From Halocafeteria seosinensis (lineage: Eukaryota), in contig LVLI01000316.1 in assembly GCA_001687465.1 (NCBI GenBank), forward strand, positions 62,001 through 89,366: a stretch of DNA of 27,366 nucleotides. The letters run 5' to 3'. The position numbers were made by a program, and so were the translations under genes. Positions 11,360-21,804 of this stretch are shown piece after piece. The notes beneath the pieces are model-generated. The model saw nothing but the letters and a program-made list of their open reading frames with translations, had not been told where the DNA came from and searched no databases. The first letter of the stretch is position 1; every line of letters starts with the position of its first letter.

Positions 11360-12466
11360 TTATTTGAGCAATTGTTCGACAGACGAATCAGACTCCAGAG
11401 AACGATTATGTTCAGATGCCGCTGTACCCATGCGTTCGTTTTCGGGCTCTGACTGAATGCTAATCGTGTCATTGTCCTCTACCTGACCGTTCTTTTCAAC
11501 ACTGATGGGTCCGCGCGTGTCATGAAAATGATCTTTACGCGACTTCTCCCCAATTGAGCCTCCACGTTCGGAACCTACTTCAGGGAGCTCGACCAATGCT
11601 CGTTGGGTTCTTGGGGCCACAATTTCGTGCCTTTTCTTTGCGTAGCGCTGATAGAGGCCTATTCCAACTATCACCAGGATGAATGTAAATAGTGATAGAA
11701 GTACAATGCTTGTTACGTAGAGGGCATTGAAAGCGCTGTTACAAAGGTCTGTCTTGTCCTCCCCATTGCTGGAAAATGAGCTCTTCCCAATCAGCATGGC
11801 CACCAACCTTGGGTCTACCAGGGTATCACCTTTAACCCTCACATTCCATATCCACTCCTTTACGCTTAACTTATTACGCTCTAAGGTGAACTGGTCGATG
11901 TCGTTACTGTCTTTTACTGTTGTTTTGGATCCAAAACCCCAGTTCCATTTCTCTGAGAATCCCAACAATAGATCGTCTTGACCATCTCGTATTTGCAAAT
12001 TGACATATATTTTGTTCGCGTTGACAACCGTTTCAATAGCATCTCCTGAGCGCACGACGTACATAGGAGTACCAGTCGAGTCTTTAATGATAAGCTTTGT
12101 GATCACATTCGTCACTTTCCCATCGTAGGCGAAGAGTTTACCATCGGAATAGGCAACCAGGTCTCCTTCTTCATCTTCCAATTCAGCATCATGTTTGAAT
12201 GTCGGACAAAGCTGTTTGACCTTCCAGCCTTCAGTGTGATTACCTTGAGATGACTTCAGGCCATACGTCCAATGCCATTGGCTCCATAATTGCTTTTGAA
12301 ACTCGTACGCGTCGCCGAAATCCGGAGGCGGATGCGGTGTACTCTCAGAGGAAGTTGGTTCCCGATGTCGGTACCAATCAATCGCAATAGATCCCGTGAT
12401 GACCCCAGTCAGAAAAATCACCAGAACGAATGCGCTCGCTATTAGTTTGGCGTGGAACTCTCGCAT
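11360..12466 (-). CDS. Intronless 2-TM membrane protein, paralog B, with a longer charged C-terminal tail
   Basis: First ATG at 12466 (MREFHAK). Shares PDFGD, QWHWTY, QLCPTxKHDA, YVVRSG, NANxI, DDLLLG, RxKLS, DPRL and TDLCN with paralog A. Confidence 0.82.
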   Translation of the reverse strand: MREFHAKLIASAFVLVIFLTGVITGSIAIDWYRHREPTSSESTPHPPPDFGDAYEFQKQLWSQWHWTYGLKSSQGNHTEGWKVKQLCPTFKHDAELEDEEGDLVAYSDGKLFAYDGKVTNVITKLIIKDSTGTPMYVVRSGDAIETVVNANKIYVNLQIRDGQDDLLLGFSEKWNWGFGSKTTVKDSNDIDQFTLERNKLSVKEWIWNVRVKGDTLVDPRLVAMLIGKSSFSSNGEDKTDLCNSAFNALYVTSIVLLSLFTFILVIVGIGLYQRYAKKRHEIVAPRTQRALVELPEVGSERGGSIGEKSRKDHFHDTRGPISVEKNGQVEDNDTISIQSEPENERMGTAASEHNRSLESDSSVEQLLK

Positions 12467-13284
12467 TCCTCCCAAAGCGAAAAAAGAGTAAGGACTCCTA
12501 CTCAAGGGCCCCACGAATCTTGTGGGGCCTACCTAGGGTGTGCGACTTTCTCTATATACTTTTTTTTCTTGTCCCGTATCTTTTTCTCGTCGAAATATTT
12601 CATTGGAAAATCTATGTGATCAAGCATAATCAATCCCATTGAGCTTCATACAAGTGAAGTAGCCGAGGCTTCCAGCTGTCAGTAGCGCCATAGAATGACA
12701 GTATCCCTCCGGATTGATACTCGAGCATTTTTAAGGAACATACCTTGCTGTACAAGGATGGCAATCTTCCTATGTGTAGTCAATAAAATGGAGGGGAAGG
12801 AGTGAAATGAGTCTGCTATGTGATAGAGCGACTTCAACCTCCACTTTCTAGAGCTGGATAGCATGCAAACAGCGGATGTACGGCCCTATCTTCACCTGAA
12901 TATCCGAAAATAGTGTATTTATTAACTACTTGTCGTCATGGGAAGTCTTTGTATTACGTGTATATGCATGATAATGGCCCTTAAATGGTTGTACATCTTG
13001 AGATGAGCTAAGGTTTCCCCCTCTTGTGGGTTCCACACTCCCTCATGGGATGTGTAAGCATCTCAAATAGATAATCGTGTGTAGCATCAACATGATATTG
13101 ACGTGAAGAGTATCAAAAATACACGTGCAATGCCCGTATATGGCCCAGATAATATGGGACATGAACTTTTGTGAAGGACAACTCCAAGGTGTCCGTCCAG
13201 ATTTGATGGCATTCCATGTCTACTACTGCCATAAATGTGTGACAAGGTATCAATAGAGACTATATAGTGTTTGTTAAGAGCACA

Positions 13285-16200
13285 ATGAGCGCCAGTAGCA
13301 GCGAAGAAGAGAGTGATTTCGGTCGGGAAGAAAGTCTTTTATCCCAGGCATTCAAGAGGCCTAATAAGCCCATTCCTAGCCCATATACGACTAAATCCCA
13401 GACCAATGGACATACATCTTCCCGGAAAACACCCCAAATGAGAGCCCCGTCCACTCGAAATGGGCGAAAACAAAGCGTGTCCTCGAGCAGCGCCTCTTCC
13501 AGTGTGTCCCCACGGGCCAAACAGAGCCCCCAAAAGGCCATTACATCGCGTTCCAAGGCCACAAAAGCATCTTCCAAGAGTGATACAGAGTCTGTGACTT
13601 CGTCGACACGGTATCGAAGGGCAACGAGGAGTAGAGCTGGAGAAATCATCCCGGGACAGTCTCCACGGGAGTCTGTGAAAGTGGAAGATACGCCTACAAT
13701 TACCCATAATGGACGTCATAAAGCCAATTCTAAGGCGAAATCACCTTCTTTGAGACGAAAGAAGATTCCTCAACAGGTGGCAAAGCCCGCGATGGACATG
13801 ACGCCGAGCATTGCTCAAACTAGATCGACACGACGTGGTACGCGAAGTTTAAAAAGTGACCCAAAAGATACAACTTCGTCTGGCACAGAGGATACCGCCA
13901 GTAAGAAGGCGTCCCGACGGGTAAAATCAGAGACGTCATTGAGTAATTGTTCTTTGACGTCCTCCGCTACTGAGCCCAAACGACCGTCGACTCGGAAGCA
14001 ACAGCGACGGGATTTGCCCCGGGACTCGTTGACCAATAGTTCTTCCACGTCCTCCACTACTGAACCCAGCTTGAGCACGACGGGGCCCAGACGACCGCCT
14101 CCTCGGCGGCAACAGCAACGGCATTTGCCCCGGGACGCATTGACCAATAGTTCTTCGACCTCCTCCACTAGACGGCCCTCCACTCGGCAGCAACAGCAAC
14201 GGGATTTGCCCCAGGACTCAGTGACCAATAGTTCTTCGACCTCCTCCACTACCGAACCCAGACGGCAGTCCACTCGGCGGCAACAGCAACAGGATTTGCC
14301 CCAGGAGTCGGGGGAAGACTCTACGGTATCAGCAGCAGCGCACTATCGTAACGGCAACATGAAACAACCACAAAAGAAGAAACGACATCCTCAAGCGTCT
14401 TCTTCCTCCTCCTCCTCCTTTGCCAGCGCTCAGAGGTCTCCTGCTAGTCCTGGGCTTCGCTCTCAAAAATCATATGGTGTACCATTATCAAAGTCTCTCA
14501 AGCTGAATAAGTCGCAGCGTGAGAAGTACGCCGGAATAATTAAGTGTAGTGTCTGCAGCGAGGGTGAGGATAGCGATAATCCTTTGAAGCAATGCAGTGG
14601 TTGTGGTATGAGACTCCATCCTGATTGCTACGGCGAAAGGGACATGCACCCTGCGAATGAGCTTGATACCAACGAACAGCTTTTTCAAGGAGACTTTGCT
14701 TGTTCTGCGTGTGTGCACCGACTTGGCGAAGGAGAAGTTCGATGTGTCCTCTGTCCCAACATTTCAAACAGAGCTATGAAAGAATTAGCAGATAATGAAC
14801 CAGTACGGGTAAGTTCGCCGATACTGTATATCACTTGCTCTCGTGGATATCTATTGGATATCCGTGCAGGGCTGGGTTCATGTAGCGTGCGCATTATGGA
14901 CACCCAACATTTACTTTAACAATCCAGAGGATTTGTGAGTACCGCTGCATGGCCTGTTCGTGGAAAGAATGGTAAAAATACTGCGTTTAATTTCCGCAGA
15001 AAAGAGCCTGCTGGTCTCCGATTTGTTGCCGAAGAGAGATGGGAATTGAAGTGTGAAATATGTACGGACAAGAGAACCGAATTCAAGGGGTGCTTACGAG
15101 GTAAATACTTACATGGGACAGTAGTAGTCCTCAGCGCTCTGCTGCATGTACTCTTGTATCGATTGCAGAAAGCTCCGAGGGGAAACGTGTGAGTGAATTG
15201 CGAGGTATTACGAAGTCTAAGGATAAGAAAACATGGGAGCTGTCTTTGCCCCGTTCTATAACGGCAAAATTGGCGACAGAAGTGAAAAGTTATAGTGACC
15301 CGTTCGAGGCTGCTATTGCGTACGATGAGCAGTTTATGCGCCATTATGGAATATCAGATGATATGAACTTCCCCGGTGCGTTTTCACTGATATGCGATAC
15401 AATCCGATACGATGAAACAGTCACAAGTGTATCACGGAGTAAGAAAGCAGCAAAATCAATTAAGAGCAAGGCCGAGCAATCAAGCGATTCGCAACAACGA
15501 GGAAAAGACAAAAGGAAGAAAACGTTTGACGGATGGACTCCCAGCAAATTGACGGACGCTCAACTACGTGCATACGTGAAAGCTGGAACGGGAGCACCCA
15601 TACAGTGTTCTACTAGCAGCTGTGCAGTAGCATTCCATGTAACGTGCGCCATGCGTGCTGGGTGGGAGTTCAGTGTATTGGAGCGGAAGAGTGGGGAGGT
15701 ATCCAAGCGAGCATTCTGCTCCCAACACAGTACAGTACTAGTCGTTGATGAAGATGAGCCTTGCAGAGAGTGTGGATCCCGGGAAGAACCAGATCGAATG
15801 CTATTGTGTGAGCACTGTGGCTCAGTGTTTCATTTAGAATGTTTAGACCCACCCTTGGATCGCATACCTTCCGGAAAATGGTTTTGCAGAGAATGCTTAC
15901 CAGAGCTAGTACAGAAAGGCTCCGTGATACCAAGTGATGGACAGCAAAATACTGAACGAAACCATGAAGTCGAGGGGTCCTGCAAAGAGTATATTACACT
16001 AGATGAAGAGTATGTCTCCTCACTTCCAGCGCCACCTGCTCTCATGTCTTCAGACGAGAGTGATGCCGAGGATCTCGGCGAATCTGATTCCGATGATGAA
16101 AGGGAAATAGCCCCCTCTTCTTCATCTGCGGCTGCAGCGTCATCGACAGGTCGAGTGAATTTTGTTGGAGAGAAGCGTTCAAACCGGGACATGCTGCCGA

Positions 16201-17666
16201 AAAGTGTTAGCACATCTCATTTTAACGACTTCTTTGCCGCTAATCGCAGTAAGCAGCAACGAGTCAGCTCAACTTCATCCGCGAATTTGGAGGACATAGG
16301 TCTACCTGAGCCTCAAGAGGCGAAGAGGAATCTTATACAGCATAGGCCGAAAAATGCCCAGGACAGGACGTCGCTCATGTTCATCCATATTAGAGATTTC
16401 TGTCGAACACGCTTAATGCTGCTTGAAGGATACAATGTGATCTTCTATGGGGTAGGGTCCAAGATCAAACTGCTAGATTTGTTTATTGAATACCTTTCTC
16501 GTGGAAATACCAACCTTTTAATTTGCAGTGGGTATAATCCCCTTACCTCGATCGATGAACTGATCCGTTTGATATGGGAAAAGTTTGTACGAAAAGAGTG
16601 CCCAAGCCATGATCCTGTCGAATGCTGTCACGAGCTTCTGAATATCTTGGGAAAAAAATTCATCGAAAACAAGGCTGACAATTCTTCCCTTAAAGATTCG
16701 GTATTTCGGGAGAGCTGGGGAGTTGATAACGGAGGAAAAGTTTGCAGCAGCACTGGTGTGACCGCTAAGGATCTCGTTGACATTTGGCCGCGTTTCACCG
16801 TGTCGGAAGAACGATCAGGCCTGTCTGGTGGCGTCGACTCCTCAAGTATCGCCGGTTTTCACTCTAGGGCATGTCTTGCGTCTGAGAGGTTGACAGTTCA
16901 AAGCTCCCGCAAACATCCTTCTGAAGAAGTGCCAACGGTGCGAAACGACCGATATTCTGAGAATGCCATTCTAAGCGACTTAGCCGGCTGCTCGCTCAGT
17001 GATGAGCAAAGCACGATGCCGGACTCTGGCAGTAGTGTGGCATCAACCTCTGCCCCGAAGCACCGTCGGACTCGCAGGGGTCACTCTCAATCTGACGGAT
17101 TCCCCACGGACGACGCGGGCGATAAGGATCACTTGTTCATTGCCCTGCACAACATTGATGGATCTTCATTTCAGAACTCTTCAGCGAGGACAGCATTATT
17201 TCTTTTGTCCCAATGTACCAAAATCCATTTTATTGCTTCGGTAGACCATATTAACGCCGCCCTTCTCCAGGATCAGCAACAACGGCTCTTAGGGAATTGG
17301 GTCTGGTTAGATGGCACCACGTTTGAACCATATGTCAAAGAAACGGTTCACACTGCCCCCGTGATGGATAAGCAACAAAATCTGTCCCACGCAGGTGTTC
17401 AGCACGTCTTGCAGTCTCTCACTCCGACCCACGTGGAAGTACTGAAGATCTTAGCTCAGCACCAGAGAGAACATGATAGCGGTATGGCTAAGACTGAATG
17501 GTATGACGCTTGCTTCGACAATTTACTTCTAACAAACGAAACGACGTTTCGGGGATACTTGGGTGAATTTACGGACCACGAACTAGTGGTGACCAAGGGA
17601 ACTGAGAACGGGGGAATCATGTGCACGCTTCCCGACAACGTTTTCGCGGAATTACCGGTGGAATAG
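13285..17666 (+). CDS. ORC2: Origin recognition complex subunit 2 fused to an N-terminal disordered region, a PZP module containing an AP2-like domain, and a further PHD finger; about 1395 aa. Exons 13285-14808, 14870-14934, 15000-15100, 15169-17666
   Basis: ORC2 motifs GYNVIFYGVGSKIKLL, SGYNP, LHNIDG, IHFIASVDHINA, WLDGTTFEPY, VLQSLT and LGEFTDHELV. Three GT-AG introns (61, 65, 68 nt) are phase-compatible and rebuild the PZP motifs WVHVACALWTP and RWELKCEIC. Confidence 0.92.
13955..14310 (+). repeat. Coding tandem repeat, about 4 units of roughly 27-40 aa, in the ORC2 N-terminal extension
   Basis: Recurring RRPSTRQQQQRDLPxDSxTNSSSTSSTTEP; the DNA block TGACCAATAGTTCTTCnACnTCCTCCACTA occurs three times. 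Confidence 0.9.
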
Positions 17667-19125
17667 GTCGCAGAATGCTACTAACAGGCGTACTTCGGTT
17701 GATTGATTGTTAAGAACTTTGGAAACCGATGCAGTGTAATCACCGTTTTTGGCAAGATTGGTTCATATGATCCTCGCTCTTTGCCACCCTTCTTCCGGCA
17801 TTAACATTGATGATATGTCCACTTTTTTATCCGTCGACGCTTCACTGTGAAGAGCTGAATTCGTCCTGGACATTTGAACCCTTGTGCCTAATTCCTCACA
17901 CTTTGGGAAGGATATCGGCCATGTGATGTTTACACGGTTTAGTCAGTAAACGTAAGATTCTTGGTAGTGGGTTCCATCCGAGAGACCCTTGCGACCGCCT
18001 CATTTCATGTCTGGAGAAGCGGCGTTCGTGAAGGCGGAACTTAGAGCGCAAGGCTCATCGTTTTTGTTGTATCTGATGACGGGACTGCTATTGACTCTAT
18101 CTTCTTCCTCGCTGTACTGGAACGCTCTTGTCTTCACTCCCGCAAACGAGGAGCCTCGAAAGCAAACCCATGCTTCATCGAGAATTCGGCTTGCTGTTAA
18201 TGATGAATTCATCGCTTCCCAGGAAAGCACGAGATACTTCCCAAAATTAGCCTGGGAGTACTTGGCCTGCAAAATGAAGAAACCATGCCGATTGAATTGG
18301 CCGACTTTGTCGTAAGGTGCGTTCGGCCAAGGATCTCCCCTATTTCGAAAGTTGAGTTCCTTATACATCACTTGAGATGCGCTCGATTGAACTCTTTTTT
18401 TTTCTATGTTGTCAATGAACAATACTTCGTTCCCTGCTGGTCAATCGTTTACAAAATACAAAATTCGGATCGACCTGATAGAGTGTACCCCTCCATCCTA
18501 CACTTGTTCATTTTGTTTCTGAAGAATTCCAAATTCAGTCAGAGCGTTGGTATTTGTAGCGGTATGTAATGTGGTAAAGATGCCAAATTGGTTTCTTCTA
18601 GCCGCTAAACCATATTGTTGTCATCATAGATACAGTAGATGTTACCACCTCAGAACACGCTCGGGCCGTTGAAATGTTTGGTAAGTGCAAAACTACAGCT
18701 GTATGAACAGACCCAATTGCCAGTGTTTTTATAAGCTATCGTATCACAAGACAAATAGTGCGAATTGAAGAGTCCGTATTGGAGAGAAGTGCTGTAAAAC
18801 CTCGCTTCGTAAGCTTCTACTTGATGACAGTGGAACTGATTCCCAGGAATCTACCCGACCTAATGGTACATTTCATCACTGCAATTCTTCGCCGATTCCG
18901 CACCATCATTTCACACGTCCCGAACTGCAAAGTTGATGAGTCGTCGGTTAGGGTCGTTACCAGAGTCGGTTATTATTCGTCACCATGCTTCACTGCAAGT
19001 GTCTAACTATCATGATTTAGAATATTCTCTTGCGCCGTGAATAAATATCTTCATTGTGAAAAGGTGACAAGAGAAAGAAAAGTGCGCCCTTCACACACTC
19101 TGACTGCACACCCCCGGACTGATGG

Positions 19126-21804
19126 ATGATGTCTGCACTCGATTTCCTCTTCTTCATCTGCTCGTATATGGGAGTCTTCTTTGCCCTGTCGCTCCCTGTG
19201 GGAGTCGCTTCGGAAAAGTCTACAAGCAATGAGCTACGTGACGCCATCATAGACGGGGACTACATAGAGTATATTGAGAACAACGCCACTGTCTTCCGTC
19301 TCAAGAACAATGTAGTATGGAAGAACGTGTTTCCGACCTCCCCTCATCCACATCTGACTTTGGGAAAAGGGGAAATATTTGATGGACAAGGGTATACTAT
19401 TTACCTAAATGGCACCACGAATTGGCAAGGCTTGATTAAAGTGAGCAATGATGTGACAAACTTCGCAGACGCTCCTCTCATCAAGAATCTCCATATGAAG
19501 GGCGGGCGAACTAGTATTGGAGGTGGGTTTATCGTTCAGTCTCAACAGAAATTCTTTATGGTCGACTCTTGCACCTCAACGGGGATTATCTATGGGCAAA
19601 AACATCCATTTCATGGTGGTGGGGGTATAACCGGTGAACAGTGTGGCGCAAATGGAGGCCAGGCCCTCGTGATAAATTGTCACACTTCAGGACCGACCGA
19701 AGCAGCCGATGGTGGGGGAATATGTGGCCGTAAGACGGGGAGTGGAGGTACCGTCAACATCACTAGTTGCTCTTCTTCAGGGGCTATTGCAGCGCTCTCT
19801 AGCGGTGGTATTGTTGGCAGCATGACACCAGGGGATGGTGGCATAGTGTTTATTGAAAAGTGTTTTTCAACAGGAACTATAGAAGGGCCAGGTGGATGTG
19901 GCGGATTAACCGGTCACGGAGCGGGGACTGGTAAAAACAGCTTGATGCTGATCCAGAGGTCGTTTTCTACAGGGAAAATTTCCGGAAAGGAAAGCGGAGG
20001 TATCTGTGGAAGACATGCGGGGCAAAATTCTGGCAAGGCTGAGATAAAGGATTGCTATTCATTGGGGCGAATTGACGTGGATACGGGTGGAGGAATTTGC
20101 GGCCATTATACAGCCATAAGTGGTGGGACCGTCGTAATTGAGCGCACGTTCTCAAACGGTACAACAGTAGCAGGAGCAGGTGGCGTAATAGGCTCCGTAG
20201 CCGGGAACAGCAACTCTGTGCGTGTTGAACTTTCCGTATATCGCGGAGAACAGCTGGTGGGTGGAGGTACCTCTTCAGTGACTGGATATGGCAATTCAGC
20301 AAACATTAACGATGTCTTCGGAAAGCTCCATTGCGTGAGTGAGGGATGCTGGAACAACGACACTTGGAAGGAACAGTCAGGTGACGTCCCGGTTCTTCGC
20401 TTCCAACTCGCAACTAGCACACCAACTCCAAGCCCATCATCATCACCAATCCCTAGTTTCTCTGCTTCCTCTAGTATTAGTGTTACTGGTACACACTCAG
20501 GAACGCAGACAGCGACCATATCATCGAGTGTCTCTAGAACACATTCCCCGACGGCTACTACTGCTTCACCCAGTGCATCCGAAACATGGACAGCAACCGT
20601 TTCACCTAGTGTATCCGCAACATGGTCTGAAACTGTAACACCTCGCACACCCTCTTACTCCAGGACTGTGACTTTAACTCCGACAATGTCAGCTTCTCGA
20701 ACTTCCTCGCCCGTCCCTGTGATGCTCAGACGCTCCGAATTCAGGTCGACTCCGGTCAATGTGTCATTTGAGTCTTTCTATGCTGCAGTCATTCGAAGAT
20801 ATTCGGGGGAGATGCAAGAAAAAGTGCTATTACGACACGCCAAGGAACAGTCCCTTTATGTTTACAGTTTTCTCGGTGATGAACTGACAGCAACGTTTAT
20901 TCAGAGTGACGAGATGCATTCACATCCGGTTGATACTTTCTTCTTTAGGATACGATGGCCAGTTGGAGGCCCTCCATCTACAAATGCACAATTCGAGCTG
21001 TTGGGGCAGTATCATTCTGCTCTTTCTTGGACGACCCCGTTTCCTGGGGAGAGAAGAAATAGCATGATGTGGGCGAACCCAATCTCCAAAAAAAGTGAAG
21101 CGTCTGTCTTTTTGTATGCTGGCTGGAAATTTTCCAATAGGGGCGATCGATTCTATCTGAATGATATGTGGCTTTGGTCGGGCTTAGCGTTTGAGTGGCA
21201 AAAGATAAAACAAAGGGTGAGAGGCTCCCGTCCAACGACAAGAAGATTCTCAGCCGTTACATGGACTTGCGATTGCGAAACTGTTTGCGTGAATTACATG
21301 TTTGGCGGTGTATCCAGTACTGGGGAGATACTGGACAATATGTGGCACTTCAATAGCGATTTTAAAGGGACAACTGTCTCTTGGGAACAACAAGGTGGCG
21401 AGGATTTTCCTAGTGGCAGATATAATGCGGACGTTTGGACCTTCTACAAAGACTTCACCAGTGGGACAACTGCAGGAGCAAAGGACGTATATGTATTCGG
21501 AGGTATTGGCTTATCGGATGAAACAAAAGGACCCGAGTATCTCCAGGACCTATGGCGCTTCAGGTGCAGCTCCAAGGCTTGGAAGCCAATTCTCACCCCA
21601 TTCCTACCTCACCGAATACATGGAGTGGCTTCTGCATTGGTCATCTCTTCCGTCCCCCTTGAATATTGCGTCTATGTCTTTAAATACTCACAGAACCTCA
21701 CGTTTTGGAGTTTTGACACCTATTCTGAAGAGTGGACGAACCTTCCCGGCCGGTGGGCTATCTGTCACATTTGTGTGTGTGTAGTAGGTCATCTCCCATT
21801 ATAG
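19126..21804 (+). CDS. Secreted/surface protein, copy 1: signal peptide, GLUG-like Gly/Cys repeats, Ser/Thr/Pro stalk, Kelch-like propeller; C-terminus interrupted by inserted DNA
   Basis: Hydrophobic N-terminus; repeats of the form IxxCxSxGxI...GGICG; mucin-like stalk at about 20410-20720; Kelch-like motifs YMFGG...LDNMW and VYVFGG...LQDLW. Diverges from copy 2 after EEWTNL (about 21744). Confidence 0.85.
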   Translation: MMSALDFLFFICSYMGVFFALSLPVGVASEKSTSNELRDAIIDGDYIEYIENNATVFRLKNNVVWKNVFPTSPHPHLTLGKGEIFDGQGYTIYLNGTTNWQGLIKVSNDVTNFADAPLIKNLHMKGGRTSIGGGFIVQSQQKFFMVDSCTSTGIIYGQKHPFHGGGGITGEQCGANGGQALVINCHTSGPTEAADGGGICGRKTGSGGTVNITSCSSSGAIAALSSGGIVGSMTPGDGGIVFIEKCFSTGTIEGPGGCGGLTGHGAGTGKNSLMLIQRSFSTGKISGKESGGICGRHAGQNSGKAEIKDCYSLGRIDVDTGGGICGHYTAISGGTVVIERTFSNGTTVAGAGGVIGSVAGNSNSVRVELSVYRGEQLVGGGTSSVTGYGNSANINDVFGKLHCVSEGCWNNDTWKEQSGDVPVLRFQLATSTPTPSPSSSPIPSFSASSSISVTGTHSGTQTATISSSVSRTHSPTATTASPSASETWTATVSPSVSATWSETVTPRTPSYSRTVTLTPTMSASRTSSPVPVMLRRSEFRSTPVNVSFESFYAAVIRRYSGEMQEKVLLRHAKEQSLYVYSFLGDELTATFIQSDEMHSHPVDTFFFRIRWPVGGPPSTNAQFELLGQYHSALSWTTPFPGERRNSMMWANPISKKSEASVFLYAGWKFSNRGDRFYLNDMWLWSGLAFEWQKIKQRVRGSRPTTRRFSAVTWTCDCETVCVNYMFGGVSSTGEILDNMWHFNSDFKGTTVSWEQQGGEDFPSGRYNADVWTFYKDFTSGTTAGAKDVYVFGGIGLSDETKGPEYLQDLWRFRCSSKAWKPILTPFLPHRIHGVASALVISSVPLEYCVYVFKYSQNLTFWSFDTYSEEWTNLPGRWAICHICVCVVGHLPL

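Noticed and set aside
13260..14273. Long minus-strand ORFs opposite ORC2 exon 1, and similar ones opposite the GLUG genes (20106..20648, 26602..27120)
   Set aside because: Antisense shadows of low-complexity coding sequence.
13955..14310. Spaced repeats superficially like a CRISPR array
   Set aside because: They are in-frame coding repeats with mutually similar 'spacers' in a eukaryotic gene, with no cas genes nearby.
18000..18422. 140-aa minus-strand ORF with a possible upstream acceptor
   Set aside because: Starts at TTG, has no recognisable domain, and I could not build a consistent exon chain upstream. It may be a gene relic.
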